Source of the DNA: Deefgea sp. CFH1-16
GTDB taxonomy: Bacteria; Pseudomonadota; Gammaproteobacteria; Burkholderiales; Chitinibacteraceae
Assembly: GCF_016881365.1 (NCBI RefSeq)
Contig: NZ_WLYT01000001.1
Location: forward strand, 797,754 to 829,753
Length of the DNA: 32,000 nucleotides
Reading direction: 5' to 3'
The notes below the pieces were generated by a model that ran no database searches, was not told the origin of the DNA, and was given only the letters and a program-made list of their open reading frames with translations. Positions 16,227-26,481 of this stretch are shown in pieces (the stretch's first letter is position 1; every line of letters begins with the position of its first letter). A program made the position numbers and the translations under genes.

Positions 16227-16256
16227 ATTATACCAGACATCGAAGGGTTTTGTCCC
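16227..16256 (-). promoter_or_regulatory. Candidate sigma-70 promoter for rpoD
   Basis: On the minus strand, gggaca is followed by an 18-nt spacer and tataat (fwd attata at 16227-16232). This is about 30 nt upstream of the chosen rpoD ATG. Confidence 0.3.
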
Positions 16257-16265
16257 CGACATCGG

Positions 16266-16295
16266 AAGTGAAGGGCCCATTTGACCCCTTCACTT
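16266..16295 (-). promoter_or_regulatory. 10-bp perfect stem-loop in the dnaG-rpoD intergenic region (processing/attenuation candidate)
   Basis: aagtgaaggg (16266-16275) pairs with cccttcactt (16286-16295) across a 10-nt loop, 3 nt after the dnaG stop. No T tract follows on the transcribed strand. Confidence 0.4.
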
Positions 16296-16297
16296 AG

Positions 16298-18208
16298 CTA
16301 GCGACGCAACAAAAGCGTCAAATATTCTTGCGATTCTTCATCAGTCAAACCGCGACTGGCCGAGAGCGCATCAAGCTCTTCTTTCCGACTTAGTGTAGAC
16401 CCTAGCGAAAAATTTTGCGTAGCAGCCATCAATGAGTTAGAAATTTCAATGAGCAATTCGTCTTGGTCAAACTTATCAAATAAATGATGTGATTCATTCA
16501 ATATCGGAGCTAATCGTGCAAACCCCGGTAGATCCTGACAACGTTCGACCAATTCAGCACCTAGAAGTTCGACATCTAATCGAGCGCGCATCAATACACA
16601 ACGCACCAAACCACTGAATCCCTCATTAGGCCAAGCCAATTCACATTCATCCTGCCCTTGTAAAATCGACGGACGAAATAAAACCAACTGCAAAACACGC
16701 AACAACGGATCGTGCTGAGCGGCGGGCTTTAAGCGTGGCCGATCTTCTTCTGCTCGCCAAGATTTACCTCTTGCTCCGCGCTTAAAACCGCCATTAGAAC
16801 GTGGCTGCCAAGACCGCTTTACTTGGCCTTGACCCTGCCACGCATCATAAACTGGCGCAGAATCAAACGCGGTGTCTGCGGACATCTCCGGAAAAACCGG
16901 CACATCCACCGACGGAGCAACAGTCAACGACGCAAACTCGGCAGTGGATAATTGGCACATTTCTGCCAACCGTTTACTGAGCATTAACTTTAATATGGGG
17001 GCTTGTATCAATTGATCAAGATGCGGACGTGCAATATGTACTAAACGCGCCCGACCTTCTTCCATCGTTAGGTCAACCTGTGCCGACAATTCTTTTAATA
17101 AGTACTGCGACAAAGGCAATGCCGCCTCATCAATCAACGACTCAAATGCGGCACGACCAAATTCCTGTACGTAAGAATCCGGATCATGCTCGGCTGGCAA
17201 AAACAAAAATTTTAGCTCTTTGCCGTCTTTCACTTCGGGCAGGCTATTTTCTAGCGCTCGCCATGCAGCCTTGATACCGGCTTTATCACCATCAAAGCCA
17301 AACACCACTTCATCGGCCAATTTAAGCAATTTACGAATATGCTCAGGCGTACATGCCGTACCTAGCGATGCAACAGCGTACTCAATACCATGCTGATGCA
17401 GCATCACCACATCCATATAGCCTTCGGCAACCAAGGCTCGGTTGTGATCGCGAATTGCGGTACGCGCCTGTGGCAAACCATACAACTCTCGGCCCTTACT
17501 AAATACTGGCGTTTCAGGTGAGTTCAAATACTTAGGCTCACCCTGCCCCATCACCCGACCACCAAAACCGATGATCTGACTACGTTGATTCATAATTGGA
17601 AACATTACGCGCTCACGAAAACGATCGTAGCGACGCTTTGATTCTTCTTTATCAATCACTAAGCCTGCCTCAGCTAAAGTGACATTCCAGTCATAATCGG
17701 GGTATACCGCCTTAAGCGGCTGCCAATCATCGCCGCCAGGTGCATACCCTAAGCCAAACTTAGCCGCTGTTTTACCCTCAACACCACGTCGTTTGAAATA
17801 CTCAATCGCCGCTGGTGCAGTTTTGAGTTGCGCCCGATAAAAATCAAACGCAACTTTCAGTACATCGTAAATGCCGGGGACTTTTTTTTGTTCTGCCGAT
17901 TGTGGCCGATCTTCAACCGGCACTTGCATGCCGACCGACTCTGCCAATTGCCTAACGGCCTCAGGAAAACTTAAAGCCTGCAACTCCATGATGAAAGTTA
18001 ACGCCGATCCATGCACCCCACAACCAAAGCAGTGATAAAACTGCTTGGTTTGGCTAACCGTAAAAGAAGGTGATTTTTCTTTGTGAAACGGGCAGCAGGC
18101 CATGTAATTTTGGCCGGCCTTTTTTAGCGGCACATAGCGCTCGACCACGTCAACAATATCAACGCGGTTCAATAAATCCTGAATAAAATCATCGGGAATT
18201 CGCGCCAT
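16298..18208 (-). CDS. dnaG: DNA primase
   Basis: 636 aa. Zinc ribbon CCPFHKEKSPSFTVSQTKQFYHCFGCGVHG, TOPRIM region VAEGYMDVVMLHQHG ... FDGDKAG, and a C-terminal helicase-binding region. Confidence 0.95.
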   Translation of the reverse strand: MARIPDDFIQDLLNRVDIVDVVERYVPLKKAGQNYMACCPFHKEKSPSFTVSQTKQFYHCFGCGVHGSALTFIMELQALSFPEAVRQLAESVGMQVPVEDRPQSAEQKKVPGIYDVLKVAFDFYRAQLKTAPAAIEYFKRRGVEGKTAAKFGLGYAPGGDDWQPLKAVYPDYDWNVTLAEAGLVIDKEESKRRYDRFRERVMFPIMNQRSQIIGFGGRVMGQGEPKYLNSPETPVFSKGRELYGLPQARTAIRDHNRALVAEGYMDVVMLHQHGIEYAVASLGTACTPEHIRKLLKLADEVVFGFDGDKAGIKAAWRALENSLPEVKDGKELKFLFLPAEHDPDSYVQEFGRAAFESLIDEAALPLSQYLLKELSAQVDLTMEEGRARLVHIARPHLDQLIQAPILKLMLSKRLAEMCQLSTAEFASLTVAPSVDVPVFPEMSADTAFDSAPVYDAWQGQGQVKRSWQPRSNGGFKRGARGKSWRAEEDRPRLKPAAQHDPLLRVLQLVLFRPSILQGQDECELAWPNEGFSGLVRCVLMRARLDVELLGAELVERCQDLPGFARLAPILNESHHLFDKFDQDELLIEISNSLMAATQNFSLGSTLSRKEELDALSASRGLTDEESQEYLTLLLRR

Positions 18209-18213
18209 ATACC

Positions 18214-18654
18214 TTAGCTCGGGACCGCAACAAAACCAGTTTTAACGCCATCAACAAAGCCACAGCGTCGATAAAACTCCAGCACACCTTCGCTACGCGC
18301 ACTGGTCGACAACATGACTTTATAACAATTTGCCTGCCATGCTTGCGCCAGTGCAAACTGCAGCACCGCACGTGCATAGCCTTGCCCACGATGAGCCGAC
18401 AAGGTGACTACATTTTCAATTAACGCATAAGGACGTGCATTGCGCGTTAAGTTTGGCACAACGAGTAAAGTACAGGTTGCCACCAAGTCTCCATTAAGCT
18501 CAACGACATACACCGCCAAACCCGACTGAGCCAACATCACTCGCCAATTCGCAACCGCCACTTCAATACTTAAGGCTGGATCGTCAGGATTTAGCTCGCG
18601 CAATAGCCGCAAAATGGCGGCAAGATCACCTTCATCTGCACGCCGTAACTGCAT
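18214..18654 (-). CDS. GNAT-family N-acetyltransferase
   Basis: 146 aa. Acetyl-CoA binding pattern ENVVTLSAHRGQGYARAVLQFAL ... FYRRCGF. Confidence 0.8.
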   Translation of the reverse strand: MQLRRADEGDLAAILRLLRELNPDDPALSIEVAVANWRVMLAQSGLAVYVVELNGDLVATCTLLVVPNLTRNARPYALIENVVTLSAHRGQGYARAVLQFALAQAWQANCYKVMLSTSARSEGVLEFYRRCGFVDGVKTGFVAVPS

Positions 18655-18657
18655 AAA

Positions 18658-19105
18658 TTAAGCCATCCGCGCTTTAACGAGTTTACTCACTTCAGCCATA
18701 TCGGCACGGCCGGCGAGTTGGGGCTTGATTTCGGCCATGATTTTACCCATCGCAGCAGCTGTTGCCCCATGCGTTGCAATCGCGGCGTCGACAATAGCGC
18801 CAATTTCTTCAGCGCTGAGTTGTTGCGGCATATATTCAATCAAGATCGCCACTTCAAATTTTTCTTTATCTGCCAAATCTTTGACGTGCGGCGGCGGCTT
18901 CAAATTGCGTGATACTGTCTTTACGCTGCTTGAGCATTTTGTCGATGATGGCGGTAATCGCGGCATCATCCAGCTCAATCCGTTCATCCACTTCACGCTG
19001 CTTGATCGCAGCAAGCAATAAACGAATAGCACCAAGACGATCAGCTTGCTTTTCTTTCATTGCTGTTTTCATATCAGCAGTAATTCGGGCTTTTAAAGTC
19101 ATCAC
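18658..19105 (-). CDS. yqeY: GatB/YqeY domain protein; frame change in the GCC repeat near 18885-18900
   Basis: N-part MMTLKARITADMKTAMKEKQADRLGAIRLLLAAIKQREVDE...KQRKDSITQFEAA. C-part (other frame) DLADKEKFEVAILIEYMPQQLSAEEIGAIVDAAIA...AGRADMAEVSKLVKARMA. Together they make a normal YqeY. Confidence 0.85.
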
Positions 19106-19248
19106 ACGTCCTTAATTTGATGCAGTCATAACAAAACGTTGTACGTCTTCACGCCGCGCGACCAACACGCTTTGCGATTCCTTAGCTTCAATTTGGACCG
19201 AAATCGTCAAAATCAATTCACACCGCTTAGTAATGACAACGCTAAGTG

Positions 19249-19281
19249 CAGAAAAAAACAAAAGGTCGCCTAGGCGACCTT
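19249..19281 (-). terminator. Rho-independent terminator after rpsU
   Basis: The palindrome aaggtcgcctaggcgacctt (19262-19281) is followed on the minus strand by ttgttttttt. Confidence 0.65.
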
Positions 19282-19308
19282 AAGTACAAACAACAGCTAG
19301 CTTAACTC

Positions 19309-19521
19309 TTAGTAGAGTTTTGCTGGCAATTGTTGGCTACGCAGACGCTTGTGTTGACGCTTTACAGCGGCAGCAAGCTTGCGTTTACGTTCAGCAGTTG
19401 GCTTCTCGTAGAATTCGCGTGCACGAAGTTCGGTGAGGAGGCCAGTCTTTTCAACAGAACGCTTGAAGCGGCGCATCGCTACTTCGAACGGTTCGTTTTC
19501 TTTAACGCGTACGGAAGGCAT
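19309..19521 (-). CDS. rpsU: 30S ribosomal protein S21
   Basis: 70 aa: [48 protein letters not shown]... Confidence 0.97.
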   Translation of the reverse strand: MPSVRVKENEPFEVAMRRFKRSVEKTGLLTELRAREFYEKPTAERKRKLAAAVKRQHKRLRSQQLPAKLY

Positions 19522-19697
19522 TAGTCGAATCCTAGTAAACTTTTAAACTCTAGCCTCGTTAAAGACCAAAGATCGGGAAAGGGTGCGATTATCCGGTATA
19601 AATTCTGAATTGTCAAAAGGAATAGAGATCAGCCCCTTTCGTGTTGCATCTTTGCCCGTTAATATAAGCAGATTGATCATCTAATAATGAGTGCGCC

Positions 19698-20716
19698 ATG
19701 CTGGTATTAGGCATTGAATCTTCTTGCGACGAAACTGGCGTTGCGCTGTACGACACCGAAGCAGGCCTGTTGGCCCACCAACTGCATACCCAAATCGCCA
19801 TGCATAGCGAGTATGGCGGCGTGGTGCCTGAATTGGCGTCACGCGACCATATTCGCCGCGTACTACCTTTAACTGAAAGCTGTTTGGCACAAGCGGGCAA
19901 GCAGCTCGATGACATTGATGCCATTGCCTACACCGCAGGGCCCGGTCTTGCCGGCGCTTTACTGGTTGGCGCATCGGTGGCCAATGCGCTGGCGTTTGCG
20001 CTGGGCAAGCCAACGATTGCAGTCCATCACTTAGAAGGACACTTATTATCGCCTTGCTTGGCCGACCCTGCGCCTGAATTTCCATTTATTGCTTTATTAG
20101 TATCCGGTGGCCACACGCAATTGATGGCAGTCCACGGTGTTGGGCGCTATGAATTACTCGGCGAAACCGTTGATGATGCAGCGGGTGAAGCGTTTGATAA
20201 ATCGGCAAAACTAATTGGTCTAGGTTATCCCGGTGGCCCGGCGCTGTCCAAACTTGCCGATACTGGCGACGCAACGCGCTTTACTTTGCCACGACCCATG
20301 CTGCATACGCCAAACTTAGATATGAGTTTTTCCGGCTTAAAAACCGCAGTACTTAATTTAGTCACCCAACAATCGCCGCTGGACGACGTAAAACTCGGGC
20401 AGATATTTGCGCGGCATTCCAAGAAGCGATTGTTGAAGTGCTGGTTAAAAAGTCACTCAAAGCACTCAAACAAACCGGCATGAAGCGTTTAGTCATCGCT
20501 GGCGGCGTGGGTGCCAATCGACAATTGCGTGCTGCATTCGATGATGCGGCCAAAAAACGCGGCTTTACGGTGTTTTATCCGCCACTTGAATTGTGCACCG
20601 ACAATGGCGCAATGATTGCTTATGCTGGCGCACAGCGACTCAGCGAGCGACAAGTTGCCGGCTCTTTTGCTGTCAAACCACGCTGGGACTTAGCCAGCCT
20701 TGCCAGCGCCGACTAG
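19698..20716 (+). CDS. tsaD: tRNA N6-adenosine threonylcarbamoyltransferase TsaD; frame change at an A run (20390-20393)
   Basis: [19 protein letters not shown] ... [10 protein letters not shown] ... VSGGHTQL. Adding one A to gtAAAActcggg reads [47 protein letters not shown] and joins ORFs 19698..20483 and 20438..20716. Confidence 0.95.
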
Positions 20717-20822
20717 ATCTATTCACACTTGGTTTGTTCACTGCACCGACCAAGCCACTGTCGCTAATCGAGGGTATTGTCATCTAAGCAATACGTCAAA
20801 ATGCTGAGATTGATATACCCAT

Positions 20823-20848
20823 AAAAAAACCCGCTATTGCGGGTTTTT
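20823..20848. terminator. Bidirectional Rho-independent terminator between convergent tsaD and the FAH gene
   Basis: aaaaaaacccgc / tatt / gcgggttttt. Confidence 0.75.
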
Positions 20849-20874
20849 CATTGTTGGCGGCGTGATGACTGCAA

Positions 20875-21522
20875 TTACGCCACGACAAAAGACTGCTCAA
20901 GCTGATTGGGCCACGCCAGATTGAGCGTTTGCCCCGAACGAATCGGCCCAACCCCTTCTGGGGTGCCGGTATAAATCAAATCGCCGGGCTGCAAAGTAAA
21001 CTTACTGGAAATCCACGCAATCAAGGTGGCAACGTCAAATGCCATTAAGCGCGTATCGGCGGCCTGGCGCAGCTCACCGTCAATCGTCAGCGTAAATTGC
21101 TGCTGCGTCGGATCAATCCCGTCCGCAGCGACAAAATCAGTCAATACCGCAGCACCATCAAAGCCTTTGGCCAAAGTCCAAGGCTGGCCATTTTTTTTCG
21201 CCAGCGCCTGCACATCGCGCGCGGTCAAATCTAAGCCCAAACCGTAGCCCGCAATATGCGTGAGCGCATCGGCCTTCGCAATCTGCGCGCCGCCTTGGCC
21301 AATTAACACCACCAACTCTAATTCGTGATGCACCTCATTGGACCATGACGGCAACACCAACGCGGCCCCGGGCTGCACCACCGCTGAATTGGGTTTAATA
21401 AACACCATCGGCTCTTCAGTGATCGCCGAACCCATTTCTTTGGCATGGGCAACAAAATTGCGCGCCACACAATAAATATTATTCACTCGCCATGCCGTGG
21501 CACCCAGTTGAATCTCAGCCAT
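20875..21522 (-). CDS. Fumarylacetoacetate hydrolase (FAH) family protein
   Basis: 215 aa. HELELVVLIG, GYGLGLDLTARD and GDLIYTGTPEGVGP are typical of the FAH/YcgM family. Confidence 0.8.
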   Translation of the reverse strand: MAEIQLGATAWRVNNIYCVARNFVAHAKEMGSAITEEPMVFIKPNSAVVQPGAALVLPSWSNEVHHELELVVLIGQGGAQIAKADALTHIAGYGLGLDLTARDVQALAKKNGQPWTLAKGFDGAAVLTDFVAADGIDPTQQQFTLTIDGELRQAADTRLMAFDVATLIAWISSKFTLQPGDLIYTGTPEGVGPIRSGQTLNLAWPNQLEQSFVVA

Positions 21523-21525
21523 TGC

Positions 21526-22447
21526 TTAGCCCACCCATTGAGAAATACTAAATAACAAAATCACCGCCAACCACAAAATCGCCGCGCGCCACACCAGCGC
21601 CACCGCGCTGCTTAAATAATCAGGATTAGCCGACTCGCCAACCCCTAATTCAGGGCGATATTTCACCGTATGATCTTGATGCAACGCTTCGCCCAAGCGA
21701 ACCCCCAAAGCGCCAGCGGCGGACGCCAACAAAATCCCGTAATCTTGATCCATCCATTGCTGCGCCTGTGAGCGCCAGCAATAAACTGCATCTTCAAAAT
21801 TACCCACCACGGCAAATGAAATCGCCGCCAAACGAATCGGAATAAAATCCAAAATATCCATCACGCCATCGGCAAAGCGGCCCAAACACATCACCATGCC
21901 CGCCCCATTTTTGCTGCAATAAACACGCCGCACGATAAGCCACAGCACCAGCAGGACCGGCAATCCACGCCAAAGCGACAAACCAAAAAATAGTGCCAAA
22001 CACATAGCGATAAGAATCAATCACCCCTTGCTCAATCGTCAAACGCGCCACTTCATCTTCATTGAGCTCTGAAGTCGATTGTCCCGTCCAATCCCCCAGC
22101 ATGCTGCGCGCCGTATTTAAATCATCGGCCTGCAATGCTTTTGAGATTTTGGTGAAAGCATGGCTAAACTGGCGAAAGCCCATCGTAAAATATAAAATCA
22201 ACACATTCCAAGCAATCGCTAGAAACACGTTATACCGCAGCAAAACCCAATACCCACCCGCAGTAATCGCCACCAGCGGCACCACAGCCAGTAGCCAGGC
22301 ATATACCCCATTGCGATATTCACCCGCATTGAGATTACGCCCCATGCCATTGGCGGTGCGAATAAAACCCAAATACAGTGGATTACGGCTGCTAATCGGC
22401 CGCAGTTGCTCTAATAGCAAAGCTAAAATCAAAGACAAAATACTCAT
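21526..22447 (-). CDS. CobD/CbiB (AmpE-like) family membrane protein; frame change at a C run (21881-21883)
   Basis: Start chosen at MSILSLILALLLEQLRP. The N-part ends ...QQKWGGHGDVFG. The C-part continues RFADGVMDILDFIPIRLAAISFAVVGNFEDAVYCWR once one G is removed from tttGGGccgc. Confidence 0.7.
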
Positions 22448-22616
22448 AAACTTAATCCTAAATTGCGCCCAAGCTAAAAAAATCAGCTCATAGCCGTACA
22501 TACTTTATGTTTCAAAGATAACATAGAGCCCTTGCGAGCAGAAACAATATAGACAGCTCTTGAAAAAGCACGCCACAGTGCCATATCGTCAATACCACCC
22601 TCAACCGGAGAAACAA

Positions 22617-23210
22617 ATGGAACATCAACTTCCTACACTGCCTTACGCACAAGATGCTTTAGCGCCATTTATGTCAGCTGAAACTTTGTCTTATCACTAT
22701 GGCAAACATCACCAAACTTATATTACCAACCTGAACAACCTCATCAAAGGCACCGACAACGAAAACAAGTCGCTTGAAGAGATTGTAAAAACTGCACCTG
22801 CAGGTGGCTTATATAATAACGCCGCACAAACTTGGAACCACACTTTCTTTTGGTTTGGCTTTGCACCTAACCCAACTGGCGAAGATCGCGCACCTGCTGG
22901 CGCATTGGCAGATGCCATTGCCGCTAAATGGGGCTCATTGGATGAATTCAAAAAAGCCTTCAATGCATCAGCAGCCGGCAACTTTGGTTCAGGCTGGACT
23001 TGGTTAGTTAAAAAAGCCGACGGTTCACTCGACATCTTGAATACTGGCGCAGCAGGCACCCCACTCACTACTGGCGAAACAGCACTGTTGACCTGTGACG
23101 TTTGGGAACACGCTTACTACATCGATTACCGTAACAGCCGTCCTAACTACCTCGAAGGTTTCTGGAAACTGGTTGACTGGAATGTCGTTGCCGCACGTTT
23201 AGCAGCATAA
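22617..23210 (+). CDS. sodB: Fe-type superoxide dismutase
   Basis: Start at [32 protein letters not shown] with SD ggagaa. Shows [13 protein letters not shown] and [13 protein letters not shown]. Confidence 0.93.
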   Translation: MEHQLPTLPYAQDALAPFMSAETLSYHYGKHHQTYITNLNNLIKGTDNENKSLEEIVKTAPAGGLYNNAAQTWNHTFFWFGFAPNPTGEDRAPAGALADAIAAKWGSLDEFKKAFNASAAGNFGSGWTWLVKKADGSLDILNTGAAGTPLTTGETALLTCDVWEHAYYIDYRNSRPNYLEGFWKLVDWNVVAARLAA

Positions 23211-23257
23211 AAATAAGCAACAGCTGAGCTATATGTCAGCTTTTGTATACAGATTTT

Positions 23258-23293
23258 AAAAAAGACGATCACCTGATCGTCTTTTTTTTTTTT
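23258..23293 (+). terminator. Rho-independent terminator after sodB
   Basis: agacgatc / acct / gatcgtct, followed by a 12-T run. Confidence 0.8.
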
Positions 23294-23793
23294 CGCTCGC
23301 GGTTTACCCTCTAAAACAAGCGCAAAAACAGTGCACGAAAAGTCAAACTGGTATTTCTCCTTATATTTCAATGGCATTAGCCACGCGCCTCGCGCACCAA
23401 GTTGCAGCGCAATAATTAGCATTTCATGATATGTACTGGTAATTATTTCAAACGCCTTTGTTTTTCTTACTCAACATTTAAGACTATGAATTTAAACTGT
23501 TTTTAAATTAATTCATCGAGTTGACAAGACAAATGTAGTTTGAGAAATTAGCGCTACGAAACGTAACAGCCGCGAAAGCAAATGCAATTCGCAGCAAAGA
23601 TTACGTGCGACGACTGGTATTAAACAAAACAAAATCCAGCGTCAGCAATGAGCCGAGTGTACGAGCCAAAAAACCAAGAACAAACAGGGGCTACTCGCAG
23701 TGCACTCGGGTCAAACCCTGTTTTGAAGACCATGCACCTCACGGTGTAATTGAAATTCTTACTAAACAAATGATGGATGAGAGGAAATATCAA

Positions 23794-25785
23794 ATGAACT
23801 TCCGTTTAGCCGCAATCCCGGCAGCCATTGCCTTTGTCTCAATCAGCGCTTTTGCTGCTGATGCATGGAATAGCGCAACCGCCTACCCAGGTGGCGCCGT
23901 CGTCACTTATGCAGGTAAAGATTACAAAGCAAAATGGTGGACTCAGGGCAATGTACCTGGTGCAGAACAATGGGGTCCTTGGGAAGCAACAGGTACTGCC
24001 CCAACAACAGCACCAAGCACAGCCCCAACAACCGCGCCAAGCACTGCACCAGGCGCTTGCACTAGCGCTCAATGGAATTCAAGCGCCGTTTACACTGGTG
24101 GCAACTTAGTGAGCTACAACAACCGTAGCTACAAAGCAAAATGGTGGACACAAGGCAACGCGCCAGGCACCAATGATGTTTGGCAAGACATGGGCGCATG
24201 TGGCACGACCACAGCAACACCAACTGCAACACCAACTGCAACACCAACTGCAACACCAACTGCAACACCAACTGCAACACCAACTGCGACACCAACTGCA
24301 ACACCAACTGCAACACCAACTGCAACGCCAACTGCAACACCAACCGCAACACCAACTGCAACACCAACCGCAACACCAACTGCAACACCAACTGCAACGC
24401 CAACTGCGACACCAACGACTTCTGCAACGCCTGTTCCACCAACTGGCGCGAAACAAGTCGGTACCTATTTTGCTGAATGGTCAATTTACGGCCGTCAGTT
24501 CTACCTGAAAAACATGCAAGACAGCGGTCAAGCGGCCAAGTTGACGTTCTTGAACTACTCATTTGGTAACGTCTACAACCGTGGCGGCAAATACGTTTGC
24601 GATGCCACCATCAATAAACTCGAAGCCGGTGGCCAAGACGGTGGCGATGCATGGGCGGTTTACCAAAAAGGCTTTGGTGCTGGTGAATCAGTGGATGGTG
24701 TTGCCGATAAATACGGTTGGGATAAATGGGATGATCCTCGCCAAGGCAAAGCCGGCCCACTCAAAGGCAATTTAAATCAGCTGAAAAAACTTAAAGCAAA
24801 AAACCCGAACCTGAAAACCTTGATTTCATTGGGTGGCTGGACTTGGTCGAAATGGTTCTCTGCAGCTGCGGCAACACCAGAACTACGCCAAGCTTTAGTG
24901 AGCTCGTGTATCGACGTGTGGATCAAAGGTAATATTCCATTCGATTCAGGCTCAAATGCGGGCGGCTCTTACGTTGATCCAACCACAGGCAAAACTGTTT
25001 ACGCCGCTGCCGATGTATTTGACGGGATTGATATCGACTGGGAATACCCAGCGGTACAAGGTATCGGCACGAACACAGTTTCTCCAGCCGACAAGCAAAA
25101 CAACACCTTGTTGATGCAAGAATTCCGCAAACAATTGGATGAGTTAAGCAAAACCACTGGCAAGAAATACTTGTTAACCGTTGCCATTGGTGCCGGCGAT
25201 GAGAAAATCGCCGCGACAGAACCAGCCGAATACAGCAAATACCTCGACTGGATCAACATCATGTCGTACGACTTTAACGGCGGCTGGGATGCACAAGGTC
25301 CAACCGACTTCCAATCGAACCTGTACCAAGATCCTGCCAGCCCACGCACGATTGATCCTAAAACTGGCAAAGTCAGCAAGTACTACACTGACGCAGCAGT
25401 AAAAGATCTGATTGCCCGTGGTACACCAGCGGCGAAACTGCACATTGGCGTGCCATTCTACGGTCGTGGTTGGACTGGCGTGAAAAACGTGAACAATGGT
25501 CTGTATCAAACTGCGACCGGTGCAGCCAAAGGCACGTATGAAGCCGGTATTGAAGACTACAAAGTACTGAAAAACGCACCAGGTACTGAGTACATTCACC
25601 CAGTAACACAACAAACCTATCGCTTTGATGGCTCGACATTCTGGTCTTACGACACACCTCGTGATATCAAACTTAAAGCTGACTATGCGAAAAAAATGGG
25701 TCTAGGCGGTATCTTTAGCTGGGAAGCTGATGGCGACACTGCCACTGGCGAACTAGTGGAAGCGATGACGCATATCAACAAATAA
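23794..25785 (+). CDS. Secreted GH18 chitinase with two N-terminal CBM5/12 chitin-binding modules and a (TPTA)n linker
   Basis: Start at MNFRLAAIPAAIAFVSISAFA (signal peptide) with SD gagagga. There are two AKWWTQG modules. The GH18 motifs are LISLGGWTWS and DGIDIDWEYP. The tracked ORF start at 23605 has no support. Confidence 0.92.
   Translation: MNFRLAAIPAAIAFVSISAFAADAWNSATAYPGGAVVTYAGKDYKAKWWTQGNVPGAEQWGPWEATGTAPTTAPSTAPTTAPSTAPGACTSAQWNSSAVYTGGNLVSYNNRSYKAKWWTQGNAPGTNDVWQDMGACGTTTATPTATPTATPTATPTATPTATPTATPTATPTATPTATPTATPTATPTATPTATPTATPTATPTATPTTSATPVPPTGAKQVGTYFAEWSIYGRQFYLKNMQDSGQAAKLTFLNYSFGNVYNRGGKYVCDATINKLEAGGQDGGDAWAVYQKGFGAGESVDGVADKYGWDKWDDPRQGKAGPLKGNLNQLKKLKAKNPNLKTLISLGGWTWSKWFSAAAATPELRQALVSSCIDVWIKGNIPFDSGSNAGGSYVDPTTGKTVYAAADVFDGIDIDWEYPAVQGIGTNTVSPADKQNNTLLMQEFRKQLDELSKTTGKKYLLTVAIGAGDEKIAATEPAEYSKYLDWINIMSYDFNGGWDAQGPTDFQSNLYQDPASPRTIDPKTGKVSKYYTDAAVKDLIARGTPAAKLHIGVPFYGRGWTGVKNVNNGLYQTATGAAKGTYEAGIEDYKVLKNAPGTEYIHPVTQQTYRFDGSTFWSYDTPRDIKLKADYAKKMGLGGIFSWEADGDTATGELVEAMTHINK
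24211..24420 (+). repeat. About 17 tandem copies of the 12-bp unit ACACCAACTGCA (Thr-Pro-Thr-Ala) inside the chitinase gene
   Basis: I counted 16 full units between 24217 and 24408, plus degenerate units at both ends. Only a few third-position differences occur between copies. Confidence 0.9.
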
Positions 25786-25804
25786 AATATGGTTGTAAAG
25801 ATTG

Positions 25805-25832
25805 AACCCCACTTTTTAAGTGGGGTTTTTTT
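25805..25832 (+). terminator. Rho-independent terminator after the chitinase gene
   Basis: ccccac / tttttaa / gtgggg, followed by ttttttt. Confidence 0.75.
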
Positions 25833-26048
25833 ATCGCTAAATCCGCAATAATTACACCAAACAAACAAATTTTAAACGTTTAGTGAAATGATACAAAAAA
25901 CCCTGCAAACCAAGTAAATACAAGCCTTCACCGCTCGCACACCCCCCCAAAAAATCCTTGCTCCAGAGGCCTTTAAGCTTTAGCATGTGGCTCTATAGGG
26001 AATCAATCCAGCGCATCTCGCACGATAAAACTTAGACCGAGATTGAAG

Positions 26049-26478
26049 ATGAAAACGCAATATTTCTTACATAAAAAAAATGGTTTCACACTACTAGAAT
26101 TACTCGTAGTTCTTCTTATTATTTGCGTTACTTGCTGGTTATGTTGGCCCCAAACTGTTTGGTGAAGTCGGCAAAGCCAAAACCAAAACGGCGGCCAGTC
26201 AAATGAAATCCATCGCCGGGGCATTGGATCAATATCGCCTCGACACCGGCCGCTACCCGAGCACTGAATTGGGCCTCAATAGCTTAACCAAAAAACCGGC
26301 TGACGAAAGCAAATGGAGCGGCCCTTACCTGATGAAGGATGTCCCGAACGATCCTTGGGACAAACCTTACATTTACACCATTCCGGGTGAAAATGGTCAT
26401 GACTACGAATTAATGAGTTATGGCTTAGATGGCAAACCGGGCGGTAGCGGCGAAGACGCCGATATCAGCTACTGGTAA
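26049..26478 (+). CDS. gspG: GspG-type major pseudopilin; frame change at a T run (26122-26124)
   Basis: MKTQYFLHKKNG|FTLLELLVVLLII is a prepilin leader. Removing one T reads ALLAGYVGPKLFGEVGKAKTKTAASQMKSIAGALDQYRLDTGRYP...WSGPYL...DPWDKPYIY..PG..GHDYELMSYGLDGKPGGSGEDADISYW, which is the GspG signature. Confidence 0.85.
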
Positions 26479-26481
26479 ACC

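Noticed and set aside
24211-24420. Possibility that the regular short repeat is a CRISPR array or a non-coding minisatellite.
   Set aside because: The units are contiguous 12-mers with no spacers. They are in frame, encoding TPTA within a continuous ORF.
24062-24562. Several 98-166-aa ORFs on both strands across the chitinase repeat (LQLV-, CCSW-, NTNC- and HQLQ-repeat proteins).
   Set aside because: They are alternative-frame and antisense readings of the 12-bp tandem repeat inside a well-supported GH18 chitinase gene. They have no starts with SD and no independent support.
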